Below, piece after piece: positions 16,543 through 26,000 of a stretch of 64,000 bases of DNA. The notes beneath the pieces are model-generated. The model worked only from the letters and a program-made list of their open reading frames with translations. It had not been told where the DNA came from and made no database searches. Position 1 is the first letter of the stretch, and the number at the start of each line of letters is the position of its first letter. The translations under genes were made by a program, and so were the position numbers. This stretch comes from Candidatus Pacearchaeota archaeon (GTDB lineage Archaea > Nanobdellota > Nanobdellia > Pacearchaeales > GW2011-AR1): assembly GCA_018221305.1 (NCBI GenBank), contig JAAOYK010000016.1, positions 136 to 64,135 of the forward strand, written 5' to 3'.

Positions 16543-18855
16543 ATGGAAAAAATTGGTCAAAAAGAGGAAATCATAGAAACTTCTAACCCTATTATTGACG
16601 AAAGTAGTAAAAGGATAAAAAGAAAAGTTTTAATCATTTCTATAATTATTGTTGCAGCAATAATTTTAATAGTTCTTGGAGTTATGGTCGGAGATATTAT
16701 TACTCAAAATCTTAAAGAAAAAAGTGATGATCCTAATAGTGCGTCTGCTAATTTAACAGAGAATGGCCCTGAAAATAGTTCTAGTAGAGAAACACCTATG
16801 CCAGAAATAAATGATACAAATGTAACAAACCCAATAAAACCCACACAAGGGGGCGGTGGAGGTGGTGGTGGCGGAGGTCGTAGCTGTGTTGCTAATTGTG
16901 CTGGCAAAATCTGTGGAAATAATGGATGCAGTGGTAGTTGTGGAACTTGTGGTGAAGGTACGCAGTGTAGTGCCGGGTTATGCGTAGGTCCTGGAACTTG
17001 TGGAGACGATACTTGTTCTGAAGGGAAACGATTAATGTTTAATGATTCTTTATATCATTTGATTGAGTTAAATAAGGTAATTTATAACCTTAGTGTTGTC
17101 CCTATTAATGCTTCTGATGCCCAAGTTGTTGTTGATAATGAAAGTTATGGGATATTTCGTTTACATTCTTACAGTAACTCTTCTATAGGCTATGTTAGGA
17201 TTTATGTTACAAATATAACGTATCAAGATTTTATTGGGGGCATAAAACAAGTTGAATTTATTTTTGGTGAAAATAATGTAAGTTGTGGTAGAGATTGTTT
17301 AGAACTTACTTGTTCTGATTTTAATTTTGATGAAGGTGAATTGCGAGTATGTAATAATAATGACAGTGCTTATGATTTTTCTTGGTGCCAAAATGTTACA
17401 CATGGTTGTACTGATGAAGATATTGACGATACTAATCCTTATTTCAATAGCTCTGGTGCATATAATTGGGTGGGCTACAGTTCAGGCCAGAATTGTAATC
17501 CAATAAGTGGTAGTGGTGGAAGTGGGGGCTCTTCTCCTTCAGAAGGAGATGTTTGTAATGATTCTTATAATTTAATAGAAAAGGTTTGCAATGGTGCTAA
17601 CATTACTGAAGAAATTATTGATTGTAGAGATTATGGTAAAGTTTGTGATTCTGGAGCTTGTATTGATGTAATTGAATCATGTACAGACGGGATCAAAAAT
17701 CAAAATGAACAAGAAACAGATTGTGGTGGTGTTTGTGACAAGAAATGTGCATTTTTTGGAGTATTTCATTCAATACATACAGGCCTTAGTGATGGAAGGA
17801 TGACCCAAATACAAAGAACAGACGCATTAGATATATATTATGACTGGGCAGCAACTATTGATCATGATCATAAAATGTCACAAAGTGATTGGGGCCTTAT
17901 TATTAGTGAAACAGATAGTGCTAACATAGATCACCAATTTACATATATGGCTGGATATGAGTGGAAAGGATCAAGTGGAGCAGAAGTTTCTGTATTCTTT
18001 GAAACAGCTCCAGGAATTTTTGCTCAAGGAAACACACCAGTGTATAATACATTTAGTGAACTCCTAGATTGGCTTGAAATAAAGAATGGTACTGGTTGTA
18101 TGAATCATCCAGCAAGAGAGGGCAATGTATATGACTGGAACAATCCATACATTAATGAAGGTAGTGAAAAGGGTTATCTTTTGCCTTGTATTGAAATACT
18201 TAATAAAGATGAATTATACTGGGACAGTACTTGGGAATGTGCACCAGGATCTGGATGCACTAGTTATTCAAATCCAAACCCGCCAAATAGCCCTCATTGG
18301 TCTGGTGGTGTAAAAACAGCATTGGATAGAGGAATGCATTTAGGATTTGTCGGGGGATGGGACTATCATTATGATTATCCTGGAAGTCCTACTGCCTATA
18401 CAGGTATTATTAACGCGAGCCTAACTAAGCAAGGAGTAGTTAATGCAACTAGAGCTAGACATACGTGGGCTGCCCAAGATAAAATATTAATGGATGTTGC
18501 ACATGATACTGGAACTGAAACCAAATTAATGGGCGACATATTTTCGACAATTGAGGACTCAATACAAATTGATTATAACATAAGTGCAAGCACTGGAGAA
18601 ACCATTACAACAATTAACATTTTTATTGACGGAATAATTGTTGATTCGCGTGCCGTGGCAACTCAAAATGTTTCAAGCAGTTTTAGTTATACATTTTTAG
18701 ACAATTTTGAACATTACATTTTTGTTGAAGCAATAGAAGCAGACGGAGATCGGGCCTGGAGTAGCCCGATGTATGTAACAAAAGAATCTGGATTCGCAAG
18801 CCTTAAATCAAACCCTGTTTTTATCTGGGACTGGATACGTAGCTTTTTTAGTTAA
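16543..18855 (+). CDS. Giant surface protein 1: signal anchor, Gly10 linker, Cys-rich modules, PHP-type metallophosphoesterase domain
   Basis: N-terminal TM. CVANCAGKICGNNGCSGSCGTCGEG. CTDGIKNQNEQETDCGGVCDKKC. PHP-like FHSIHTGLSDG...IDHDH. C-terminal ASLKSNPVFIWDWIRSFFS. Confidence 0.7.
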   Translation: MEKIGQKEEIIETSNPIIDESSKRIKRKVLIISIIIVAAIILIVLGVMVGDIITQNLKEKSDDPNSASANLTENGPENSSSRETPMPEINDTNVTNPIKPTQGGGGGGGGGGRSCVANCAGKICGNNGCSGSCGTCGEGTQCSAGLCVGPGTCGDDTCSEGKRLMFNDSLYHLIELNKVIYNLSVVPINASDAQVVVDNESYGIFRLHSYSNSSIGYVRIYVTNITYQDFIGGIKQVEFIFGENNVSCGRDCLELTCSDFNFDEGELRVCNNNDSAYDFSWCQNVTHGCTDEDIDDTNPYFNSSGAYNWVGYSSGQNCNPISGSGGSGGSSPSEGDVCNDSYNLIEKVCNGANITEEIIDCRDYGKVCDSGACIDVIESCTDGIKNQNEQETDCGGVCDKKCAFFGVFHSIHTGLSDGRMTQIQRTDALDIYYDWAATIDHDHKMSQSDWGLIISETDSANIDHQFTYMAGYEWKGSSGAEVSVFFETAPGIFAQGNTPVYNTFSELLDWLEIKNGTGCMNHPAREGNVYDWNNPYINEGSEKGYLLPCIEILNKDELYWDSTWECAPGSGCTSYSNPNPPNSPHWSGGVKTALDRGMHLGFVGGWDYHYDYPGSPTAYTGIINASLTKQGVVNATRARHTWAAQDKILMDVAHDTGTETKLMGDIFSTIEDSIQIDYNISASTGETITTINIFIDGIIVDSRAVATQNVSSSFSYTFLDNFEHYIFVEAIEADGDRAWSSPMYVTKESGFASLKSNPVFIWDWIRSFFS

Positions 18856-18887
18856 TCTTATAATATAAAGAATATTAGTAATACTTA

Positions 18888-21800
18888 ATGGAAAAGAGGA
18901 ATTTAATTATAATAATTTCAATAGTTTTAGCTATAATTCTTATTGGTGTTGTTGCATTTTTTAGTGTTTATGAAATTTTAAATAGTGGCACAAATGAAAC
19001 AGATATTGATAATACTGGATTATCTGACCCTGATAAACCAGCCGTAGGTAGAGTTAATTCTGATGTTAAAAATGTTGGAGATCTTGATAATAAAGAAGAA
19101 ACAAATCAGACCCCAACCATTGATAACTCTGGTGGTTCGTCGTCAGGATCAAGTAGTGGGGCCAGGTCTAGTGGAAGAAATTCGGCCGATACAACCCCGA
19201 ATTGTGTAGGCGAAAGTTGTGATATTAAAGAGGATTTTTGGTTTGGGTGTGATGAGAGTTATGTTTGTAGAGAAGGTGGTTGTGTTGTTAATACAACTTT
19301 CCCAATAGATTATGTATCATATTGGAAATTTGATGGAAATGCCGATGATGAAGCTAAAACGAATAATGGAACTTTGATTGATAATGCAATAATAGCAACA
19401 GATACTGAAAGAGGACAAGTTGTTGACCTTGATGGTGATGGTGACTATGTTAGAGTTACTGACAATGACAGTTTGGATGTTAGTGAAATTACAGTGCTTA
19501 CTTGGGTATATTTAAAAGATGAAACATATGATACAATTATAGAAAAAGGTTCAAGAAGTGCTCAGGGGTGGGGATTTTCTTGGAATGCGAACCCGACCTA
19601 TAAGGGATTACGAATTGATGCTAGATTGGGGGGAAATTGGGATGTAAATCTTCGAACAAGTGTTCCTGATTTGAGAAATGGATGGCATCAGGTTGGATGG
19701 AAATTGGAAAGTCCTGATCAATTAAGTTTTATTGTTGATAGTGAAATTGTTAATACACAACCTACTTCTGGACTTCTTGCCCCTACTAATTATGATTTGT
19801 GTATTGGTGCAGCTTGTAATAATTATTATTCTTTAAATGGAGCAATAGATGATGTAATGATATTTAATAGAAGTTTGAGTGAACAAGAGATTCAAAAAGT
19901 TTATGATGTGCAAAGTGGTCTTGTAATTCCAGCTATTCAAGATACTTATTATGTTTCAATAACTGGAGATGATAATAATAATGGTTCTATGGAATATCCT
20001 TTTGCTACGATTCAAAAAGCAAGAGAAACAATAAGGAGAACTTGTGCTAACGGAGTTACAGTATATATTAGAGAGGGAACTTATTATTTAAATGAAACAT
20101 TAGAGTTTGATTCTAGAGATTCTGGAGTTGCAGGGCATCCGAATAAATATGTTGCATATCAGAATGAAGAAGTGGTTATTAAGGGAAGTAAGAAAATTCC
20201 AATAAGTGAATTTACTACATATTCTGGAAATATTTTGCAGGCAAATTTAAGTGATTATGATATTACTGAATTTTATCAGATGTTTATGAATAGTAAAAGA
20301 CTAATTCCTGCAAGATATCCTAATTATGATCCTGCAGATCCTGTTGAAGGTGGTTGGTTATTTTCTGCTGCAAACACTACAAAGGGGATTCTAAAATATA
20401 ATGCTGGAGATTTTGATACTATTGGATGGAATATTTCAAACGCCTGGGTAGATATATTTACAAATCCTAATTATGGTAATTATATTTTTAAGGTGAATTC
20501 AATAGATGAAGATAATAAGAGTATAAGTATTAGTTCTGGTAATTGGGCGATTGATGAAGGTAATCGTTATTATTTCGCTAATATTTTTCAAGAATTAGAT
20601 AGTGAGAATGAATGGTATTTTGATAAGGACAGCAAGATGCTTTATCTTTATCCAGAGAATTCTTTGAGTGCTGGTGATGAGATCACTGTTCCTGTTGCAA
20701 TCAATACAATTTCTTTAAATGGTGTTGATTATCTGGAATTTAAAGGAATTGATGTGCAAGAATCTTGGGCAAAAAGCAGTGCCCCATTGTATTATAATGA
20801 CAGAGGCAATTGCTTTAATATATTTGATTCAGAATTTATTACAATTGATGATAGTAAGATTAGTAATTCTGGATTAAGGGGGATTTATATTGCAGATAGT
20901 ATGAACATTACTATAAAAAACAGTGAGATTTCTAATACAGGCAGAGAAGCAATACATGCATTAGATAATATAGATCATTTTAAGCAGTTAATAAATACAG
21001 GTTATGTTGTTACGAACAATACAATCCATGACACTAATGAAATTGAAATAATCTGGAGTGGTGCAATAAGAAGCAGAACAGTAGGCTCTGTTTATTCATA
21101 TAATCACTTTTATGATCTTCCAAGACTTTCTATACTTTTGTATGGGAGTAATGATAATATTGCTGAATATAATCATGTCCATGATGTAAATACAAAAACA
21201 CAAGATACTGCTTCGCTTTATTTTATTCCTTATACGTCGTTGAATCGAGGAAATGTGTTTCGTTATAATTTTGTTAATGAAAGTGGGGGATTATGCCAAT
21301 ATAGTGGTCAATTATATCCAAATTGTTATAGTTTTGGCATATATCTTGATAATGCGGCGAGTGGAACTTTGGTTTATGGAAATACTATTTTGAATTCTGC
21401 TAGTTCAAATATTTATGTTAATGGTGGAAGAGATAATATTATCGAGAATAATCTTATTATTGGAAATCCAAAAACAGCACAAATAGGTTTTGGAGGTCCT
21501 TGGGGAAATGCGTCTAGGTGGGCACAAGCGGTTGCAGGTATGGATGCAAATGGATATAATTCTGCATTATATTATCAAAAATATCCTGAATTATTAACAA
21601 TTAGGGCAGATTTAACTGATGATGAAGTAACTGGATATAATAGAATTAGTAATAATAGATTTATTTATCCATCTGCTGATACAGAATTGTATAAAGCATA
21701 CCAGTTTGATTTAAATACAAATCAATTTAATAATAATGTAATTTGGCAGGGCCTTAGATCTGTATCTCTTGGTGTTAAAAGGCTTACATGGACCCAATGG

Positions 21801-23021
21801 CAAGAAAATGGGTTTGATGTTAATAGCCAGTATGTAAATGATGTTTTTGAAAACACAGTTTCAAATAATGGTTTTGATGATGATTATATTTTCTTGATAA
21901 ATACTGAACATGGAGATAAAGAGTTTGTTTTAGAAAATGATTTGTGTGATTTAGAAGGTAATATTGTTTCAGATTCGATAACTTTGAAATCCTTTGAATC
22001 TAAAATTTTGCTAAGTTGTTTTTGTAATAATGATATTGCATGCAATAATAGAGAGACAACAGAAACATGTCCTGCAGATTGTACTGAAATCTGTACAGAT
22101 AATATTCAAAATCAGGATGAAACCAGTATAGATTGTGGAGGTGTAGTTTGTGATGGTTGTGTGGATGGAGAGTTGTGTTTGGTTAATTTAGATTGTTCAA
22201 GTAATTATTGTAATGGCGGGATTTGTGAAGTAGCCATTTTCCCAACAGATTATGTTGGTTATTGGAAATTTGATGGAGATCTAAATGATGAATCTCTAAA
22301 TAATAATAATGGGGTGCTTGAAGGGAATGTGTCTCTAATTGATGATGTGGAAAGAGGACAGGTTGTAGATTTTGATGATGTTGGTTCTGTCCGAGTTGCG
22401 AACAGTGCTAGTTTAGGCGTTAATGAGATTACAGTACTTGCTTGGGTATATTTGAGAGAAGAAACATATGATGCAATCATAGAAAAAGGCGCAAGGAGTG
22501 CACAGGGTTGGAGTTTTTTTTGGAGTGCGAGCCCGACGTATAAATTTTTACGAATCGATGGCAGATTTGGAGGAAATTGGGTTGAAAATGTAAATATTCG
22601 GACAAGTGTTCCTGATTTAACAAATGAATGGCATCAGGTTGGCTGGAAATTAGAAAGTCCTGACCAATTAAGTTTTATTGTTGATGGTGAAATTGTTAGT
22701 ACAAAAACTACTACGGGACTTCTTACCCCTACTATTTATGATCTGTGCATTGGGGCTGCTTGTAATAATTATAATCCTTTAAACGGCTCAATTGATGATG
22801 TCATGATATATGACAGACCTTTGAGTGAAACAGAAATTCAACAGATTTATTGTGGTCAGGGCGGAAGTGCTGGATTTTGCAGTTCAATTGGGGGAAGTGT
22901 AGCGAGTGCAAGTCTTAAATCAACATTTTTTTCGCGTGTATTTAATTGGTTTAAGTCTATATTTGTTATGAGTGGACAGGTAACTGGAAATTCTGTGATA
23001 ATTAATGGAACAAGGATTTGA
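18888..23021 (+). CDS. Giant surface protein 2: signal anchor, LamG, right-handed beta-helix (PbH1 repeats), Cys-rich module, second LamG, conserved C-terminal tail
   Basis: YWKFDG...VVDLDGDGDYV...IDDVMIFNRSLSEQEI (LamG_3-like) occurs twice. YYVSITGDDNNNGS...PFATIQKA and NS/NN-rich beta-helix turns. CTDNIQNQDETSIDCGGVVCDGC. Confidence 0.8.
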   Translation: MEKRNLIIIISIVLAIILIGVVAFFSVYEILNSGTNETDIDNTGLSDPDKPAVGRVNSDVKNVGDLDNKEETNQTPTIDNSGGSSSGSSSGARSSGRNSADTTPNCVGESCDIKEDFWFGCDESYVCREGGCVVNTTFPIDYVSYWKFDGNADDEAKTNNGTLIDNAIIATDTERGQVVDLDGDGDYVRVTDNDSLDVSEITVLTWVYLKDETYDTIIEKGSRSAQGWGFSWNANPTYKGLRIDARLGGNWDVNLRTSVPDLRNGWHQVGWKLESPDQLSFIVDSEIVNTQPTSGLLAPTNYDLCIGAACNNYYSLNGAIDDVMIFNRSLSEQEIQKVYDVQSGLVIPAIQDTYYVSITGDDNNNGSMEYPFATIQKARETIRRTCANGVTVYIREGTYYLNETLEFDSRDSGVAGHPNKYVAYQNEEVVIKGSKKIPISEFTTYSGNILQANLSDYDITEFYQMFMNSKRLIPARYPNYDPADPVEGGWLFSAANTTKGILKYNAGDFDTIGWNISNAWVDIFTNPNYGNYIFKVNSIDEDNKSISISSGNWAIDEGNRYYFANIFQELDSENEWYFDKDSKMLYLYPENSLSAGDEITVPVAINTISLNGVDYLEFKGIDVQESWAKSSAPLYYNDRGNCFNIFDSEFITIDDSKISNSGLRGIYIADSMNITIKNSEISNTGREAIHALDNIDHFKQLINTGYVVTNNTIHDTNEIEIIWSGAIRSRTVGSVYSYNHFYDLPRLSILLYGSNDNIAEYNHVHDVNTKTQDTASLYFIPYTSLNRGNVFRYNFVNESGGLCQYSGQLYPNCYSFGIYLDNAASGTLVYGNTILNSASSNIYVNGGRDNIIENNLIIGNPKTAQIGFGGPWGNASRWAQAVAGMDANGYNSALYYQKYPELLTIRADLTDDEVTGYNRISNNRFIYPSADTELYKAYQFDLNTNQFNNNVIWQGLRSVSLGVKRLTWTQWQENGFDVNSQYVNDVFENTVSNNGFDDDYIFLINTEHGDKEFVLENDLCDLEGNIVSDSITLKSFESKILLSCFCNNDIACNNRETTETCPADCTEICTDNIQNQDETSIDCGGVVCDGCVDGELCLVNLDCSSNYCNGGICEVAIFPTDYVGYWKFDGDLNDESLNNNNGVLEGNVSLIDDVERGQVVDFDDVGSVRVANSASLGVNEITVLAWVYLREETYDAIIEKGARSAQGWSFFWSASPTYKFLRIDGRFGGNWVENVNIRTSVPDLTNEWHQVGWKLESPDQLSFIVDGEIVSTKTTTGLLTPTIYDLCIGAACNNYNPLNGSIDDVMIYDRPLSETEIQQIYCGQGGSAGFCSSIGGSVASASLKSTFFSRVFNWFKSIFVMSGQVTGNSVIINGTRI
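18957..19142 (+). repeat. Shared 5' cassette (copy in protein 2)
   Basis: Near-identical to 23125-23313, including perfect runs of 31 and 32 nt (GAAATTTTAAATAGTGGCACAAATGAAACAG; GGATTATCTGACCCTGATAAACCAGCCGTAGG). Confidence 0.85.
19299..19910 (+). repeat. LamG-encoding segment, intragenic copy 1
   Basis: Roughly 75-80% identical by eye to 22239-22850, at both the nucleotide and protein level. Confidence 0.8.
22239..22850 (+). repeat. LamG-encoding segment, intragenic copy 2
   Basis: See 19299-19910. Confidence 0.8.
22908..22992 (+). repeat. Shared 3' cassette (copy in protein 2), encoding ASLKSTFFSRVFNWFKSIFVMSGQVTGN
   Basis: A 54-nt perfect identity, 22939-22992 = 28202-28255. Confidence 0.9.
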
Positions 23022-23037
23022 AAAAGAAGGTATTGAA

Positions 23038-26000
23038 ATGGAAAAAAAGAAAGTGAATAAAACTGTCGTGTTAGGTTTGGTTGGAGTAGTAGTTATTAGT
23101 TTGATAATTATTGGAATCCTTGGATTTTTTGCTGTTTCTGAAATTTTAAATAGTGGCACAAATGAAACAGGTATTGATAATACAGGATTATCTGACCCTG
23201 ATAAACCAGCCGTAGGCAGAGTTAGTTCTAATGTTGGAGATCTGGATAATAAAGAAGAAAGTAAAACACAAACAAATCAGACTCCAACCATTGATAACTC
23301 TGGTGGTTCGTCGCCTGGGGGTGGAAGTGGGTCTAATGGAAGAGTTGATACTAATGAGGATGTTGTTGTGGAGCCTTTTTGTGGTGATTGGAATTGTGGT
23401 GATGGTGAAGATGAAGTAAATTGTTCGCAGGATTGTGAGGTTGGGAATAAGGATAGTTTGTTACACCTTGGACAAACCGGCTATGTTGTGTCGACTGGAT
23501 CGGATTTTGTTGACTTAGATTATTCTAAGGATTTCTCTGTTGAGATAATTGTTAATATTCCTGCAAATTATGGTGAGACTTTGTATGATCCTATTATTTC
23601 AAAATCGGCTACTGACACTAATCATGTAGTGTATCCTGGATGGGCTCTTGTTATTGGGCATGGGGAGTTTAACGATTATGGGAAACCGATACAGGTTGTG
23701 GTAAAAGATGGGACTGAAGGGATTAATTTTAGATCTGGTGGAATAGCGGGGAATAATTATCTTACCCTTACTTGGGATGTGGTTACGAAAGAAGCTATAT
23801 TGTATGTTAATGGGGATGTTGAGAATTCAGAAACTAATTCAAATATTACTTCGCAGAATATTAAGGATGTTTCTTCTGATTTCCTTATCGGGAAATTGTC
23901 TAGATCAACGAGGACGTTTAAAAGAGATGTTATGATGGCTCGGCTGTGGAATAGGAAGTTGTCTTCTGTTGAGATTAGTAATACTTGGAATAATTATGAA
24001 TCTAATAATCAGCATGTGCTTCCTGCAGGTTTTGATACGACTGAATTGTTGTCTGAATGGTTAATGCAAGAATCAAGTGATGTTAATGGGACAATGGGGA
24101 TAACTTATGTTAAAGATAGTGTTGGAGATAATCATTTGGAATTAATGGATGGGGCGGAATTGTCGAGAGCTAATGGATTAATTGATTTGGTTTATCCGTT
24201 AGATGGGTCTACAGGGGTTGATAAGAATCCTGTTTTAAGGGTTAATGGAGGAATTGGTGAATTAAATGGTTTGATAACAAAACCTCTTCAATATTATTTT
24301 GAAATTGATGAAGTTAGTACTTTTGATTCTCCTGCTTTGCAGACATCTGGGAAATATGTGGATTATAATTTTGTTTCAGATTGGGTTGCTTATTATGGTA
24401 AATGGGAACCTACACTGAAACCAGATACTATTTTTTATTGGAGAGTTAAAGTTAGGGATTCTTCTGCAACACCTATTGAGTCTGGTTGGAGTGATGTGAG
24501 TTTGTTTACTACTGAGGGTTCTCAAGACTGGTATGTGAGACCTCATTTGCCTGGAACAAATTATGGGATTGGAGATGGGGCAAATTATGATGATGCTTGG
24601 AATGGACTTTTTGATGTGAAGTGGAAAGAACAAGGGGTTGGTGCTGGTGATACGTTGTATATTTGTGGGGGGCAGCTAAGGCAATTATCTAATAGGAATT
24701 ATGTTATTCCAAGTTCTTATAATTATATGACTGCGTCAGGTTATTCAGATGAGTATCCTGTTACTATTACGACTGATTGTCCTGGAGATCCTGGGAAAAT
24801 TTGGGGATATACTAATCGATCAGGGAGTTTTATAATTGATTGGGACGGGCCTGATGAGAATAATATTTATAGTACTACAGATCTTAGTGTGTCGTATATG
24901 GGGCTTCTTGCTCAAGATATTAATGGATTAAATGCAATTCTTCTTGATAGGGCTGCTGGTCCGGATTTAGATGGTTTATTTGGAGCCTATTATTATGAGG
25001 GAGGTGTTACTTATGTTAGATTAACTGATGGAGGAAATCCAACGTATCGGGTCTTTGATCAATATGGGCCTTTTATCATTTATACTAATGGACAGAGTTA
25101 TATTAAATATGAAAATTATAATAGCCAGGGTTTGGGCATTACTCTTCTTGGGAAATCAAGAGGGGCACATATTGGTTCTCAATTGGTTGGAGTAACTTAT
25201 CCAAGGAGGCCGGTGTCTACGCATATGACTTTTGAGGATATTAATATTAGTTATATGAAAGGAACTGGATTTGGATTAAGGGATGGTAATGATTATACTA
25301 TAATAAGAAATAGTCATTTTAGTAATGTTGGAAATGGGATTTATTTGTCGACATATAAGGAGCATGGTGCTGATTTTGTTTTAATTGAGAATAATACATT
25401 TAGAGACATTGGTGTTTTTTCTTCAGGAGGAGATGCGCATGCTATTGGTATTCAATCAGGGAATAATTGGATCATCCAAAATAATCATATAGAAAATGTT
25501 GGTTCTGCTATTGAGTATTTTGCTTGGTCAGAGGTTCCTAGTTCTAATTTTACTATTAGATATAATTTTATAAAAAATGCGACTGCTCATACTACTTCAG
25601 GTTCAGGCATAGTCCTTAGTGGCTCTAGTTCTAATATTGCTGTTGGAACGAGATTGGAGAATTATATTTATAATAATATTGTTCTTAATGCTGAAGATTA
25701 TTGTTATTCGACGAATCATCGTGATGTTAATTATTGGTATAATAATATTTGTTATAATAGTTCTGTAGGATTCAGATTAGATAGTCCTTGGGCTGGAGCA
25801 GGGCCGAATTCTGTTATATATAATAATATTATTGTTAATTCAGATTCTCGGTTTATTTTTGCAAATGGTCCTGCTGATGGGGATTGGGATATTACTTCTG
25901 ATTATAATTTATTTTATAAGGAAAGTGGGACGGCTGATTTTGTGGTGCAGGGTAAGAGTATTTCAACATCTGATTTGGCAGAATTTCAATCTTATGGTTA

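Noticed and set aside
16848-16880. Gly10-coding tract as a slippage-prone contingency repeat
   Set aside because: The glycine codons are mixed (ggg ggc ggt gga ggt ggt ggt ggc gga ggt), so there is no homopolymer or perfect microsatellite.
19299-22850. LamG repeat pair as the template/variable repeats of a diversity-generating retroelement
   Set aside because: Mismatches between the copies involve all base types in both directions, not adenine-specific positions. No reverse transcriptase is present in the window.
23005-23021. 17-nt overlap of giant protein genes 2 and 3 as a programmed frameshift or fusion
   Set aside because: An in-frame ATG at 23038 gives an N-terminus (MEKKK + TM helix) parallel to that of protein 2, which removes the overlap.
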